The notes under the pieces: model-generated
What the model saw: the letters and a program-made list of their open reading frames with translations, nothing else
Told to the model about the DNA's origin: nothing
Databases searched by the model: none
Made by a program: the position numbers and the translations under genes
From: Pristiophorus japonicus
Taxonomy: Eukaryota
Direction: 5' to 3'
Assembly (NCBI RefSeq): GCF_044704955.1
Contig: NC_092003.1
Location: 8,432,001 to 8,496,000 of the forward strand
Length of the DNA stretch: 64,000 bases
Part shown: positions 1-12,165 of the stretch, in pieces
How positions within the stretch are numbered: the first letter of the stretch is position 1
Layout: each line of letters begins with the position of its first letter

Positions 1-78
1 CGAGTTAGGACACTGGGCAGTGAGCACAGGGGGTGATGGGTGAGCGGGACTCGGTGCGAGTTAGGATACTAGGCAGTA
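1..78 (-). repeat. End of an L2-derived 56-bp minisatellite array (runs off the window edge)
   Basis: Reverse complement of the GTGTCCTAACTCGCACCGAGTCCCGCTCACCCATCACCCCCTGTGCTCACTGCCC unit seen at 4905-5240. Confidence 0.8.
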
Positions 79-79
79 G

Positions 80-435
80 AATAAGTGCCCCTTTAAGGGC
101 ACCACAATTATAACGTGTCAAATTGGTCCAATTAAATGAACATGCTTAAATCGAGCAGCAACAAGACTAGAAGTAACTAACAATTAAATTACAATATTAT
201 TATTAGTGTTGGTAAGACACTCTGTACCCAGTCGGGTAAAAGGGTTAAAACATGGGACCCTTCTAGTCTGTGTGGTGTTGAATGGAGCCATCAGGCCATG
301 AAGAAGGCACGCTTGTATGACTGAGTCCAGACTATCGTATACAGTACAGACATTTTGCCTCATTGAAAGCCAGTGGGGTGAGCAGCGCAGTTCTCAAAGG
401 CTCCACAAGGTGGCAGTCCATTGCAGTACAGGGAG
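80..435 (-). mobile_element. Degenerate 3' end of a Tx1/L1-clade LINE
   Basis: Minus strand reads ...LGTECLTNTNNNIVI* followed by TTGTGGTGCCCTTAAAGGGGCACTT. This parallels the end (...GLECINSTGNNILI*, TTTTGGTGCCCTTAAA) of the Tx1-like copy at 17408-18064. Confidence 0.4.
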
Positions 436-714
436 TTTATCCCCAAACAAGATTTAGGAGCAGGAGTCGGCCATTCGGCCCCTCGAGCTTGCTCCGCCAT
501 TCAATAAAATCATGGCTGATCTTCGACCTCAACTCACTCCCTTTCCGTAGGGGGGCGTTCTGACCATTGTTCGATCTCAAGGAGGCAGTGCAGGAAAGGG
601 TGTCCGAGCTGAAGGTTTCTGCGCTGAAGGGTCTGCGATTCTGGAGATGAGCAGCTCGGGGGGGGGGGCAAATTTGGAAACAACACGCCCGCCTTTCACA
701 TCCACCGGACGTCC

Positions 715-1196
715 CAAAGCGCTGTACAGCCATGAAAGCATTTGCTTAGGGAGTCTCGTATCTGGCATGCGAACTATGTGGCCTGCCCCAGCAAAGCTGA
801 TGCTCTATGCGGAGCTCCTTCACGGTAAATGAGCCAAAGGTGGGCAGAGGAAACGTTACAAGGGACACCCTCAAAGCCTCCCTGCTAAAGTGCAACATCC
901 CCACCGACACCTGGGAGTCCCTGGCCAAAGACCAGTCCGCCCTAAGTGGAGGAAGTGCATCCGGGAGCACGCTGAGCACCTCGAGTCTTGTCGCCGAGAG
1001 AGTGCAGAAACCAAGCGCAGGCAGCGGAAGGAGCGTGCGGCAAACCAGTCCCACCCTCCCCTTCCCTCAATCACTGTCTGTCCCACCTGTGACAGGGACT
1101 GTGGTTCCTGTATTGGACTGTTCAGCCACCGAAGGACTCACTTTGAGTGGAAGCAAGTCTTCCTCGATTCCGAAGGACTGCCTGTGATGATGATGA
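715..1196 (+). mobile_element. RTE-clade LINE 3' fragment
   Basis: YAELLHGK..PKVGR, W...IREHAEHLE, C-terminal CPTCDRDCGSCIGLFSHRRTH zinc finger, (TGA)n tail. Near-identical to 37540-37925. Confidence 0.85.
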
Positions 1197-1204
1197 GTGC
1201 CACT

Positions 1205-2765
1205 GAAGCACATTTTGAAGCATAGGCAGTGTTGTAATGTCGGAAACGCAGCACAGCAAGCTCCCACAAACAGCTCTGTGATAATAACCGGATCGCCTGT
1301 TTTTAGATGTTGATTGAGGGATAAATATTGGCCCCAGGACACCGGGGAGAACTCCCCTGCTCTTCTTCCAATAGTGGCCCCGGGATCTTTTACATCCAAT
1401 ATTTATCCCTTAATCAACATCACTAAAACATGATCCTGGTCATTATCACATTGCTGTGTGTTGGGAGCTTGCTGTGCGCAAACTGGCTGCCACGTTTCCC
1501 ACATTACAACAGTGACTACGCTCCAAAAGTACCTCATTGGCTGTAAAGTGCTTTGAGACGTCCTGTGATTGTGAAAGGCGCTATATAAATGCAAGTCTTT
1601 CTTGTCTACCGGAGGCATCTGACAGGGCCACGATTTAACGGCTCATCCAAAAGGTGACACCTCCGACAGTCCGATGCTCCCTCAGTACTGCCCCTCAGAC
1701 AGTGCGGCGCTCCCTCAGCACTGCCCCTCAGACAGAGCGGCGCTCCCTCAGCACTGCCCCTCCGACAGTGCGGCGCTCCCTCAGTACTGCCCCTCAGACA
1801 GCACGGCGCTCCCTCAGCACTGCCCCTCCGACAGTGCGGCGCTCCCTCAGTACTGCCCCTCCTACAGTCCGATGCTCCCTCAGAACTGCCCCTCCGATAG
1901 TGCGGCGCTCCCTCAGTACTGCCCCTCCGACAGTGCGGCGCTCCCTCAGTACTGCCCCTCCGACAGTGCGGGGCTCCCTTAGTACTGCCCCTCCAACAGT
2001 ACGGTGCTCCCTCAGTACTGCCCCTATGACAGTCCGATGCTCCCTCAGTACTGCCCCTCCGACAGTGCGGCGCTCCCTCAGTACTGCCCCTCCGACAGTG
2101 TGGCTCTCCCTCAGCACTGCCCCTCCGACAGTGCGGACCTCCCTCAGTACTGCCCCTCCGACAGTGCAGTGTGGCACTCCCTCAATACTGCCCCTCCGAC
2201 AGTGCGGCGCTCCCTCAGTACTGCCCCTCCGACAGCGCGGCGCTCCCTCAGTACTGCCCCTCCGACAGTGCTGTGCTCCCTCAGTACTGCCCCTCCGACA
2301 GTGCGGCGCTCCCTCAGTACTGCCCCTCCGACAGTGTGGTGCTCCCTCAGCACTGCCCCTCCGACAGTGCGGCGCTCCCTCAGTACTGCCCCTCCGACAG
2401 CGCAGTACGGCGCTCCCTCAGTACTGCCCCTCCGACAGTCCGGCGCTCCCTCAGTACTGCCCCTCCGCCAGTGCGCCGCTCCCTCAGTACTGCCCCTCCG
2501 ACAGTGCGGCACTCCTTCAGTACTGCCCCTCCGACAGTGCGGCACTCCCTCAGTACTGCCTCTCCGACAGTGCGGGGCTCCCTCAGTACTGCCCCTCTGA
2601 CAGCGTAGTGCAGTGCTCCCTCAGTACCACCCCTCCGACAGTGCGGGGCTCCCTCAGTACTGCACTGGGAGCCTCAGGCTAGTTTTTAAGTACTCAATTG
2701 GGACTCGAACCCACAACTTTCTGACCCAGAGGCAAGAGAGAGCATGACCCACCGAGCCAATGGCG
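1205..2765 (-). mobile_element. tRNA-headed DeuSINE-like (SacSINE1-type) element with internal 33-bp tandem array (~1659-2665); a second SINE tail is inserted inverted at ~1397-1603
   Basis: Pol III A/B boxes on - strand at ~2700-2762 (TGGCTCGGTGG...GGTTCGAGTCC), unit CTCCCTCAGTACTGCCCCTCCGACAGTGCGGCG, conserved body GGGATAAATATTGGCCCCAGGACACCGGGGAGAACTCCCC. Confidence 0.85.
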
Positions 2766-3594
2766 GGGCAAAGTGGGATGCACAATACACGAGAAACTGT
2801 CCCAGGCCAATCTCAGCCAGAACTGGGGTTGGGATAAATGAGTCTGGATTCCCACTGGCTATCCAGCGACACCTGCTCTCCTCGGTAGGGGGGAGGCACT
2901 TGATCATGATGCCCCTACCAGTCGAATAGCCTCTCAACTCGCAGACTCTGGGGTCACAGATGAAGAGTCACCACTGAGTGTGGCACCAACAGTGCCTGCA
3001 GGAGGGCACCCCTGGCAGGGGGGGAGGGGGCCAGAGAGGGGAGTGGTGCCACTTTAGACCCATGAGCCAATGGCCAGCTCCCACCGTTAGCCTTTCACCT
3101 CATTTGCGAGCGCATTTCTCAGCCACCATTTTGAATCGTGTCAAGCTGACTGTCACCATGGCACCCGAAACATGTTTAGACACAGTAAACACTGGGCGGG
3201 TGGGGGTGGGCAGGTTAGAAGTTTGCAAGATCCCGGTTAACTCCTCCTGAGAGACAATCTTTTACCCTTTGAAAATCAACCGGGTGTGCAGAAAAGTCAG
3301 CTCCTTATCAGCCTGGGCCTTACTGGAATGTGCAGCAGTTGGGAGTTAACCAGTCCAGAGTCCTCGCTCAATGTCCTCCCCTCCTCTCCCTGGGCTACGG
3401 AATCCACTTGGCCATCATGTGACCCCAGCCCCCCCACCCCCGCTCAGTCAAACAGCCCGGCTGTGGAGCCTCGGCCCGGCTGTTCGACTGCGTCAGACCT
3501 CACAGCCCAACCCGGCCTTGTCCGCAGGCCATGTTCAGGACTGGCTGACTTTCCTGCCCCCCCTGCCCTACCCCCCGTCCCCCCCTAGCCCAGG

Positions 3595-4132
3595 AAAACA
3601 TAGAAACATAGACAATAGGTGCAGGAGTAAGCCATTCGGCCCTTCGAGCCTGCACCACCATTCAATATGATCATGGCTGATCATGCAACTTCAGTACCCC
3701 ATTCCTGCTTTCTCTCCATACCGCTTGATCCCTTTAGCCGTAAGGGCCACATCTAACTCCCTTTTGAATATATCTAACGAACTGGCCTCAACAACTTTCT
3801 GCGGTAGAGAATTCCACAGGTTCACAATTCTCTGAGTGAAGAAGTTTCTCCTCATCTCAGTCCTAAATGGCTTACCCCTTATCCTTAGGTGACCCCTGGT
3901 TCTGGACTTCCGCAACAACGGCATCTAACCTGTCCAGTCCCGTCAGAATGTTATATGTTTCTATGAGATCCCCTATCATTCTTCTAAATTCCAGTGAATA
4001 TAAGCCTCGTCGATCCAGTCTTTCTTCATATGTCAGTCCTGCCATCCCGGGAATCAGTCTGGTGAATCTTCGCTGCACTCCCTCAATAGCAAGAATGTCC
4101 TTCCTCAGATTAGGAGACCAAAACTGTACACA
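3595..4132 (-). mobile_element. CR1 LINE 3' fragment
   Basis: QRRFTRLIPGMAGLTYEERL..GLYSLEFRR and RRNFFTQRIVNLWNSLP motifs, (CTATGTTT)n tail. Confidence 0.9.
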
Positions 4133-4400
4133 ACCCGCTAACCCTGCTTCAGCTCTCCCCTGGGATCGTCACGTGCATTGCAGGGCAATCTCGCACCTCA
4201 GTTTCCACCGAACCTCCTGTCCTGACCCCCACACAGACCAAACCCCCCCCCACCCCCACACCCTCCATCCCTTCTCTAAGTGGGTGTGTTCTACCTGAAA
4301 TTATATTACCAGTAACTTGCCCAATGTAGTACCCAAAGTCATCTTAATGAGATTTTTTAAATATTAAGGAAGTCGGCAGATTCAGGAGAAACTCGTCCCA

Positions 4401-4419
4401 TAGCGCCACCTAGTGGCCA
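4401..4419 (-). promoter_or_regulatory. Consensus CTCF-binding motif in unique sequence
   Basis: TAGCGCCACCTAGTGGCCA (reverse TGGCCACTAGGTGGCGCTA) closely matches the CTCF consensus. Motif match only. Confidence 0.55.
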
Positions 4420-4611
4420 GATCTCGCAACTACACCGTGACTGTTGACATAGCAAAATTGAATGGTAAATGTTGACATAGCCATTTACAATGGGAAACGT
4501 TGTTAGAAAATCGTGAACAAAACGCGTGACAACTGAAAATAAGTTTTGTGGGACAGGAAGACTTTTAATAGAATATAGTAGTGTTTTGCAAGCTCAAAGT
4601 CCCACGAATCA

Positions 4612-5655
4612 GGAGTCCATTCCTCTCCCTAGCGTCTGTCTGAGGCCGAACCAGACTGTTCGCAACCTTGGTGTCATATTTCAACCTGAAATCAGCTTCC
4701 AACCGCATATCCGCAGCATAACTAAGAGCACCTATTTCCACCTCCGTAACATCGCCCGTCTCCGCCCCCTGCCTCAGCTCATCTACTGCTGAAACTCTCA
4801 TCAGTGCCTTTGTTACCTCCAGTCTTGACTATTCCAACGCACTCCTGGCCGGCCTCCCACATTCTACCCGATGTAGACTAGAGCTGATCCAAAACATGGC
4901 TGCCCCGTGTCCTAACTCGCACCGAGTCCTGCTCACCCATCACCCCCTGTGCTCACTGTCCCGTGTCCTAACTCACACCGAGTCCCGCTCACCCATCACC
5001 CCCTGTGCTCACTGCCCCGTGTCCTAACTCACACCGAGTCCCGCTCACCCATCACCCCCTGTGCTCACTGCCCCATGTCCTAACTCGCACCGAGTCCCGC
5101 TCACCCATCACCCCCTGTGCTCACTGCCCCATGTCCTAACTCGCACCGAGTCCCGCTCACCCATCACCCCCTGTGCTCACTGCCCCGTGTCCTAACTCAC
5201 ACCGAGTCCTGCTCACCCATCACCCCCTGTGCTCGCTGACCTACATTGGCTTCCGGTTAAGCAATTCTTCGATTTCAAAATTCTCATCCTTGTTTTCAAA
5301 TCCCTCCATGGCCCTCGCCCCTCCCTATCTCTGTAATCTCCTCCAGCCCCATAACCCCCCGAGATCTCTGCACTCCTCTAATTCTGCCCTCTTGAGCATC
5401 CCTGATTATAATCGCTCCACCATCGGTGGCCGTGCCTTCAGATGCCTGGGCCCCAAGCTCTGGAACCTCTCCGCCTCTCTATCCTCCTTCAAGACGCTCC
5501 TTAAAACCGACCTCTTTGACCCAGCTTTTGGTTATCTGTGCTAATATCTCCTTCTGTGACATGGTGTCAAATTGTATCTTATAATGCTCCTGTGAAGCTT
5601 ATTGGGATGTTTTACTATGTTAAAGGCACTATATAAGTACAATTTGTTGTTGAAT
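4612..5655 (+). mobile_element. L2 LINE 3' fragment with 56-bp tandem array (~4905-5240)
   Basis: VRNLGVIF..FQPHIRSITKSTYFHLRNIARLRP, LDYSNALLAGLP, LHW, GGRAF..LGPKLWN motifs of L2 ORF2; (GTT)n-like tail. Confidence 0.9.
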
Positions 5656-5704
5656 CTGCTTCAACATAGGTTTGTGATATTGAATTTCACATTCTAACCA
5701 CCAG

Positions 5705-6010
5705 ACGGACCCTCCGACTGTGCAGCACTCCCTCAGTACTGCCCCTCCGACTGTGCAGCACTCCCTCGGTACTGCCCCTCCGACAGTGCAGCACTCCCTC
5801 GGTACTGCCCCTCCGACTGTGCAGCACTCCCTCGGTACTGCCCCTCCGACTGTGCAGCACTCCCTCGGTACTGCCCCTCCAACTGTGCAGCACTCCCTCA
5901 GTACTGCCCCTCCGACAGTGCGTTGCTCCCTCAGTACTGCCCCTCTGGCAGTGCGGCACTCCCTCAGTATCGCACTGGAGCGTGTTAGCGTGGATTCAAA
6001 GTCTTTGGAG
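5705..6010 (-). repeat. SINE-derived 33-bp array
   Basis: About 8 units CACTCCCTCGGTACTGCCCCTCCGACTGTGCAG with a locally homogenised variant. Confidence 0.85.
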
Positions 6011-6375
6011 TGGAATAAGGAATGGGATCAGGGGAACGGCAGGAGGTCATTCAGCCTCTCCAGCCGGTTCTGCCATTCAGTTAGATCAGGGCTGATCTCT
6101 ACGTTACGAGTGCTGTCCCATGGACTGTGTGCTCAGAGGGTAATCTTTGTGGTGGAACTCATACCCCAGCGTGAGCGACTGCACCCTTCTGGGGCATAAC
6201 CACATTTTAAGAATAAAAACCTCTTGATCCTCACGGAGGATAATTGATGCTGCACCGCCTGAGGACAATACTTTTAACTCACTTCAAACAATAAGGGAAG
6301 GGAAGGTTTTTTTCCCCTTGTTGTGCGTGGCTGTGTGCCAGGGATAATAATGAGATCATTTGAAAACTCTACCCT

Positions 6376-6450
6376 GGCCAATTACAGGTTTCCTGCTCTG
6401 AGAATCAAAGGGATGCCAGGCCACGCCCCCCAGGGCTCCCCACGTGACCG
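6376..6450 (+). promoter_or_regulatory. Candidate Dact promoter elements
   Basis: CCAAT (~6378), TCF/LEF-type ATCAAAGGG (6404-6412), GC box CCACGCCCC (6421), E-box CACGTGAC (6441), about 450-520 bp upstream of the ATG. Motif evidence only. Confidence 0.4.
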
Positions 6451-6478
6451 GCCCAGCCTATGGGCAGCTGCCTGCCTG

Positions 6479-6855
6479 TTACATTGTGTCGATTGCTGAG
6501 TGGAGACAGACTCGCTACATTTCAGAAGAGTTACATTGTGTCGATTTCCTCAGTGAAACTAACTAGATCCATTTCAGAGGGGCAACATTGGTGTCGATTT
6601 CTCATTGGAAACTAACTCGATACATTTCAGACGAGTTACATTGTGTCGATTTCCTCAGTGAAACTAACTCGACACATTTCAGAAGAGCTACGCTGTGTCG
6701 ATTTCTCATTGGAGACAGACTCGATACATTTCAAAAGGGCAACATTGTGTCGATTTCTCGGTGAAAGCAACTGGATGCATCTCCGAAGAGTTACACTGTG
6801 TCGATTTCCTCAGTGGAACTAACTCGATACATTTCAGAGGGGCAACGTTGTGTCC
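6479..6855. repeat. ~52-bp tandem repeat, ~7 copies, immediately 5' of the Dact start codon
   Basis: ACATTGTGTCGATTTCCTCAGTGGAACTAACTCGATACATTTCAGAAGAGTT-like units start at 6481, 6533, 6585, 6638 and onward. Confidence 0.85.
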
Positions 6856-6896
6856 AGATCCTTGTTACTTTCCCTGGAGCATCCCCGGTGCTCACC

Positions 6897-7139
6897 ATGG
6901 CTCGGAAGGCAGGTGCGAGCTCCCCCAACGCCGGACTGGACAGGAACCGGATCGGGGAGAGGCTGGAAGCCAGCGTGGCCGGGCTGCAGGAACTCCGGCT
7001 GCTGCGGGAGAGGCAGGAAGAGACGGTGCGGAGGGTGCTGGCGGGGCAGGAGGAGGAGGAGGAGGGGGATGGAGGCGGCAGCCATGGACAGAGGGTCCCA
7101 GGTGGTCTCCGGCCCGCGCGAGCAGCCGGCAGCGAGCAG
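6897..7139 (+). CDS. dact4: Dapper/Dact-family protein (Dact2/Dact4 subgroup, probably dact4), coding exon 1
   Basis: Kozak ACCATGG. MARKAG...GLDRNRIGERLEASVAGLQELRLLRERQEETVRRVL matches the Dact N-terminal motif (Dact2-type DR.R.GERL.A..AGLQEL..LR..Q). Donor CAG|GTAGGA, phase 0. Family call is strong; paralog symbol is tentative. Confidence 0.85.
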
Positions 7140-7504
7140 GTAGGAGAGGGGCCGAGGGGACCCCGGGATCAGACTGGGATGCAATGATTGGGAACAAGCT
7201 GGGCTGGATTGGATGGGATCAGACTGGGATTCAATGGATGGGAGGTAGAGCAACGCTCCCACTTAACGACCTCAACAAAATGCCTCTGTTCCAGCCTCTG
7301 GAGCCAAGGTGGGTGAACAGAGTTGAGGCACAGAACAGGCTCGAGGGGCCGAATGGCCTCCTCCTGTTCCTCCCACAACCAGGGACAGGCCTTGGAGGCT
7401 GGCCAGGCTGCGCTGGATTTGATCCCCAGTCTCCGTGGTGAAAGGTTAGATTCTAACCCCCAACAACGGCTCTTGAACTCAAATCCCCTGCCTCAGTGAT
7501 TTTA

Positions 7505-7945
7505 CAGAGCTCGCCTCTGAGTTAGAAGGTGGTGGGTTCGAGCCCCGCTCAGGCTTGAGCCCATAGTCCAGGCCGATACAGTGCAGTACTGAGGGAGCGC
7601 CGCACTGTCGGAGGGGCAGTACTGAGGGAGCGCCGTACTGCGCTGTCGGAGGGGCAGTACTGAGGGAGTGCTGCACTGTCGGAGAGGCAGTGCTGAGGGA
7701 GCGCGCACTGTCGGAGGGGCTGTGCTGAGGGAGCGCTGTCGGAGGGGCAGTACTGAGGGAGTGCTGCACTGTCGGAGAGGCAGTGCTGAGGGAGCGCGCA
7801 CTGTCGGAGGGGCTGTGCTGAGGGAGCGCTGTCGGAGGGGCAGTACTGAGGGAGTGCCGCACTGTCAGAGGTGTCGTCTGTCGGATGAGATGTTAAACCG
7901 GAGGCCCCGTCTGCCCTTTTGGGTGGATGCTGAAGATCCCGCGGC
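7505..7945 (+). mobile_element. DeuSINE-like element with 33-bp array (~7580-7870)
   Basis: B box GGTTCGAGCCCC, array, then GATGAGATGTTAAACCGGAGGCCCCG body. Confidence 0.8.
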
Positions 7946-8922
7946 AGTGCCAAAGGCCGATTAACGAGGCACATGCCTCATTGTGGGACCTTGCTGTGCC
8001 CAAGATGGCCGCCCACAGTTCAAAGCCATTGGTATTTTACTGGGATGGTGGGGGGGATAATCCCAGTAATCCCAGGGTGGGTGCGAGGGAATAGCTCGGG
8101 ACAGATGACTCCTCTGCACGGCGGGGGTTTCTGGGAGACCCGGTCGCTCTCCGTGTGATGCCTCCACTCGTGGATCAGCCTCAGGTTTTCCAGATTCCCC
8201 TGTCGGGATTGGGGAGCCGGATTTAGCAGGGGAGACGGTCCATCCGGAACCCCGGCTGACCAAGCCGACGCTGATGTTGCTTCAACAGCTGGCCAGGCAT
8301 GCGCGGGGGCCCTTTAAGACCCAGCACAGTGCACTGGGCAGGGGGTAGTGGGGACAGGAAGTGGTACAATAGGCTGAAGGACCTACTCCAAGCCAAAGCA
8401 ACCTTGCAGTGGGTCTCAGACACACTGTCGGACAATCTTTGCCTTTTCAAATGCTGATTAGACGTCGTGCCTGTGTCTTGATTCCATGGCCCAGGTTGCA
8501 TGCTTAATCTGCCTGGAACCTGTCCTGGGGAGCGTCTGAATAGGGCTGGGGCCAGGCCCCACGCCCCCCTGAGTGGAGATTTCTTTGCACCTTGGCTCCA
8601 CTTTGAAAGCTTGGCATTCGGTGTCATCTAAAGCTGTGTGGGGGCTGTCCCGTGCCCTCCGATGGTCTCCGCATCGTGTGTCAGTCGTGGCTCAGTGGGC
8701 AGCATGCTCTGCCCAGAGTCAGAAGGTTGTGGGTTCAAGTCCCACTCCCACAAAAACCTATCAATCTTAGTCATGACGTTTTCAATTGACCCCCAGCGCA
8801 CGCAACCTTTGGGGGGGGGGAGAGAGAGTTCCCGATTCCCACCACCCTTTGTGTGAGGAACTGCTTCCTGACGTCACCCCTGGCTCTGATTTTAACGTTG
8901 CGTCCCCTTGTTCTGGACTCTT

Positions 8923-9390
8923 CCCCTCCGACAGTGCGGCGCTCCCTCAGTACTGCCCCTCCGACAGTGCAGCACTCCCTCAGTACTGCCTCTCCGACAG
9001 TGCGGCGCTCCCTCAGTACTGCCCCTCTGACAGTGCGGCGCTCCCTCAGTACTGCCTCTCCGACAGTGCGGCGCTCCCTCAGTACTGCCCCTCCGACAGT
9101 GCGGCGTCCCTCAGTACTGCCCCTCCGACAGTGTGGTGCTCCCTCAGTACTGCCCCTCCGACAGTGCGGCATTCCCTCAGTATTGCCCCTCTGACAATGC
9201 GGCGCTCCCTCAGTATTGCCCCTCCGACAGTGCAGTGCTCCCTCAGTACAGCCCCTCCGACAGTGCAGCACTCCCTCAGTATTGCCCCTCCGACAATGCG
9301 GCGCTCCCTCAGTACTGCCCCTCCAACAGTGCGGGCTCTTGAACCCACAACCTCCTGACGTGTGGTGCTCACTGAGCCACTGCTAACACT
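8923..9390 (-). mobile_element. DeuSINE-like head plus 33-bp array, flanked by CR1 fragments (~8770-8925 and ~9400-9620, - strand)
   Basis: About 12 units; head CTTGAACCCACAACC...CACTGAGCCAC. Confidence 0.8.
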
Positions 9391-9711
9391 GTGATAGAGG
9401 AAATCGTTTCTCTCTATCTACACTATCGAAACCCCTTATCATTTGTAAACACCTCAATTAGATTATGCCCTCTTAACCTTCTAAACTCAAGGGAACACGA
9501 GGCTAGTGTGTTTAACCTTCATATTTAACCCTTTATGCCCTGGTATCGTTCTGGTGAATCGGCACTGCCCCACCTCCGATGCTGATATATCTTCCCTGAG
9601 GGTCGGTGCCCAGAGCTGGACACACACAATGAGCCTGTGCAGACTGGCTCAATGTCAAAGCATCATCCCCCAGCTCCCCAACAACCCCTCGATCATGGCT
9701 CCATGCTTGAC

Positions 9712-10880
9712 AAGAAAAGAAAGACTTGCATTTATATAGCGCCTTTCACGACCACTGGACGTCTCAAAGCGCTTTACAGCCAATGAAGTACTTTTTTGTG
9801 GAGTGCAGTCACTGTTGTAATGTGGGAAACGCCAATTTACGCACAGCAAGCTCCCACACACAGCAATGTGATAATGACCCAGATCATCTGTTTCTGATAC
9901 GTTGCTTGGGGGATAAATATTGGCCCCAGGACACCGGGAACAACTCCCCTGCTCTTCTTCAAAATATTGCTTTGGGATCATTTACGTTCAGTTGAGAGGG
10001 CTGACGGGGCCTCAGATTAACACCTCATCCGAAAGACGGCACCTCCGACAGTGCGGCGCTCCCTCAGCACTGCCCCTCTGACAGCGCAGTACGGCGCTCC
10101 CTCAGTAATGCCCCTCCGACAGTCCGGCACTCCCTCAGTACCGCCCCTCCGACAGGGCGGCGCTCCCTCAGAACTGCCCCTCCGACAGCACAGTACTGCC
10201 CCTCCGACAGTGCGGCGCTCCCTCAGTACTGCCCCTCCAACAGCGCAGTATGGCGCTCCCTCAGTACTGCCCCTCCGACAGTCCGGCGCTCCCTCAGTAC
10301 CGCCCCTCCGACAGTGCGGCGCTCCCTCAGAACTGCCCCTCCGACAGCACAGTACGGCGCTCCCTCAGTACTGCCCCTCCGACAGTGCGGGGCTCCCTCA
10401 GTACTGCCCCTCCGACAGTGCGGCGCTCCCTCAGTACTGCCCCTCCGACAGCGCAGTACGGCGCTCCATCAGTACTGCCCCTCCGACAGTCCGGCGCTCC
10501 CTCAGTACTGCAACTCCGACAGCACAGTACGGCGCTCCCTCAGTACTGCCCCTCCGACAGTGCGGCGCTCCCTCAGTAACTGCCCCTCCGACAGCACAGT
10601 ACGGCGCTCCCTCAGTACTGCCCCTCTGACAGTGCGGCGCTCCCTCAGTAACTGCCCCTCCGACAGCACAGTACGGCGCTCCCTCAGTACCGCCCCTCCG
10701 ACAGTACGGCGCTCCCTCAGTACCGCCCCTCCGACAGCACAGTACGGCGCTCCCTCAGTACCGCCCCTCGGACAGTACGGCGCTCCCTCAGTACCGCCCC
10801 TCTGGAGCGGGACTTGAACCCACGGCCTTCTGACTCCGAGGCGAGAATGAGTGAGTGCTGCCCTGTGAGCCACGACTGAC
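9712..10880 (-). mobile_element. Full DeuSINE-like element with 33/38-bp array (~10041-10800)
   Basis: Tail AAGACTTGCATTTATATAGCGCC, conserved body, array, tRNA-like head at ~10810-10875. Confidence 0.9.
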
Positions 10881-11039
10881 ACTTCAGCGCCAGTACTGAG
10901 AGACGATGGCTGGGTGCCCTACCAGCCCTGGTGTTGTGCCGTGTGGAAGTCGCTGAGTCTCCCTCCCCAACAGTCCTGTGGGAGCACCTTCACCACACGG
11001 ACTGCAGCGGTTCAGGGAGAAGGGACCTCGGTCAGACCA

Positions 11040-12165
11040 CTCTTGGAGTAACGTGCTCAATTCTGGTCTCCAGATTGCAAAAAGTATGCTGAGGCGCTGG
11101 AGAAGCTGCGAGAAAGATTTGCAAGGGTGTAAAGGTTCTGCCTACCCGGAAAGGCTGGGACTCTCGTGGCTAAACTGAGGGGTGGCCTGGTAGAGGCCTT
11201 TAAGATTATGAAAGGGGTTCGATAGAAAGAAAGACTTGCATTTATATAGCGCCTTTCACGACCACCGGACGTCTCAAAGCGCTTTACAGCCAATGAAGTA
11301 CTTTTGGAGTGTAGTCGCTGTTGTAATGTGGGAAACGCGGCAGCCAATTTGTGCACAGCAAGCTCCCACACACAGTGCTGTGATAATGACCCAGATCATC
11401 TGTTTTTGTTATGTTGATTGAGGGATAAATATTGGCCCCAGGACACCGGGGAGAACTCCCCCTGTCTAGATTAGACGTAGAGAGGATGTTTCCACTTGTG
11501 GTAAGACCAGAACTAGGGGCCATCAATATCAGACAGTCACTGATAAATCCCAATGGGTAATTCCGGATAAACTTCTTCACCCAGAGAGGGGTGAGAATGT
11601 GGAACTCGCTGCCACAGGGAGGGGTTGAGGCGAATAGTATCGATGCATTTAAGGGGAAGCTGGACAAACACATGAGGGGGGAAAGGATAGGGTACAGAGG
11701 AGATTTATGAGGATGTTGCCAGGACGGGAGAATTTTAGCGATGAGGAAAGATTGGATAGGTTGGGGTTGTTTTCTTTGGAACAGAAGAGGCTGAGGGGAG
11801 ACCTGATTGTGTATAAAATTATGAGGGCCTGGATAGAGTGGATAGGACGGACCTGTTTCCCTTGGTAGAGGGGCCAACAACCAGGGGGCACAGATTTAAA
11901 GTAATCGGGGGGAGGTTTAGAGGGTATTTGAGGGGAAATGTCTTCACCCAGAAGGCGGTGGGGGTGTGGGGCGGAACTCACTGCCTGAAAGGGTGGTAGA
12001 GGCAGAAACCCTCACCACATTTAAACAGTACCTGGATGTGCACTTGTAACTGACAGGGCTACGGACCGAGAGCGGGAAAGTGGGATTAGGCTGGGTAGCT
12101 CTTGGTCGGCTGGAGTGGACACGATGGGCCAAAATGGCCCCCTTCCGTGCTGTAAATTTCTGTAA
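11040..12165 (+). mobile_element. Cluster of CR1 3' fragments with an interposed SINE tail (11225-11462, - strand)
   Basis: ERLDRLGLFSLEQKRLRGDL- and FFTQRGVRMWNSLP-type sequence on +. Confidence 0.8.

Noticed and set aside
2930-3590. Unique-looking blocks (also 7960-8680 and 12180-12830) as exons
   Set aside because: No recognisable protein motif or phase-compatible splice pair. They are probably old or unclassified repeats or non-coding DNA; this cannot be resolved without a search.
8684-8750. tRNA-like sequences with A and B boxes (also ~2700-2762, 43770-43830, 50968-51030)
   Set aside because: These are SINE heads, mostly attached to SINE bodies, with no convincing complete cloverleaf.
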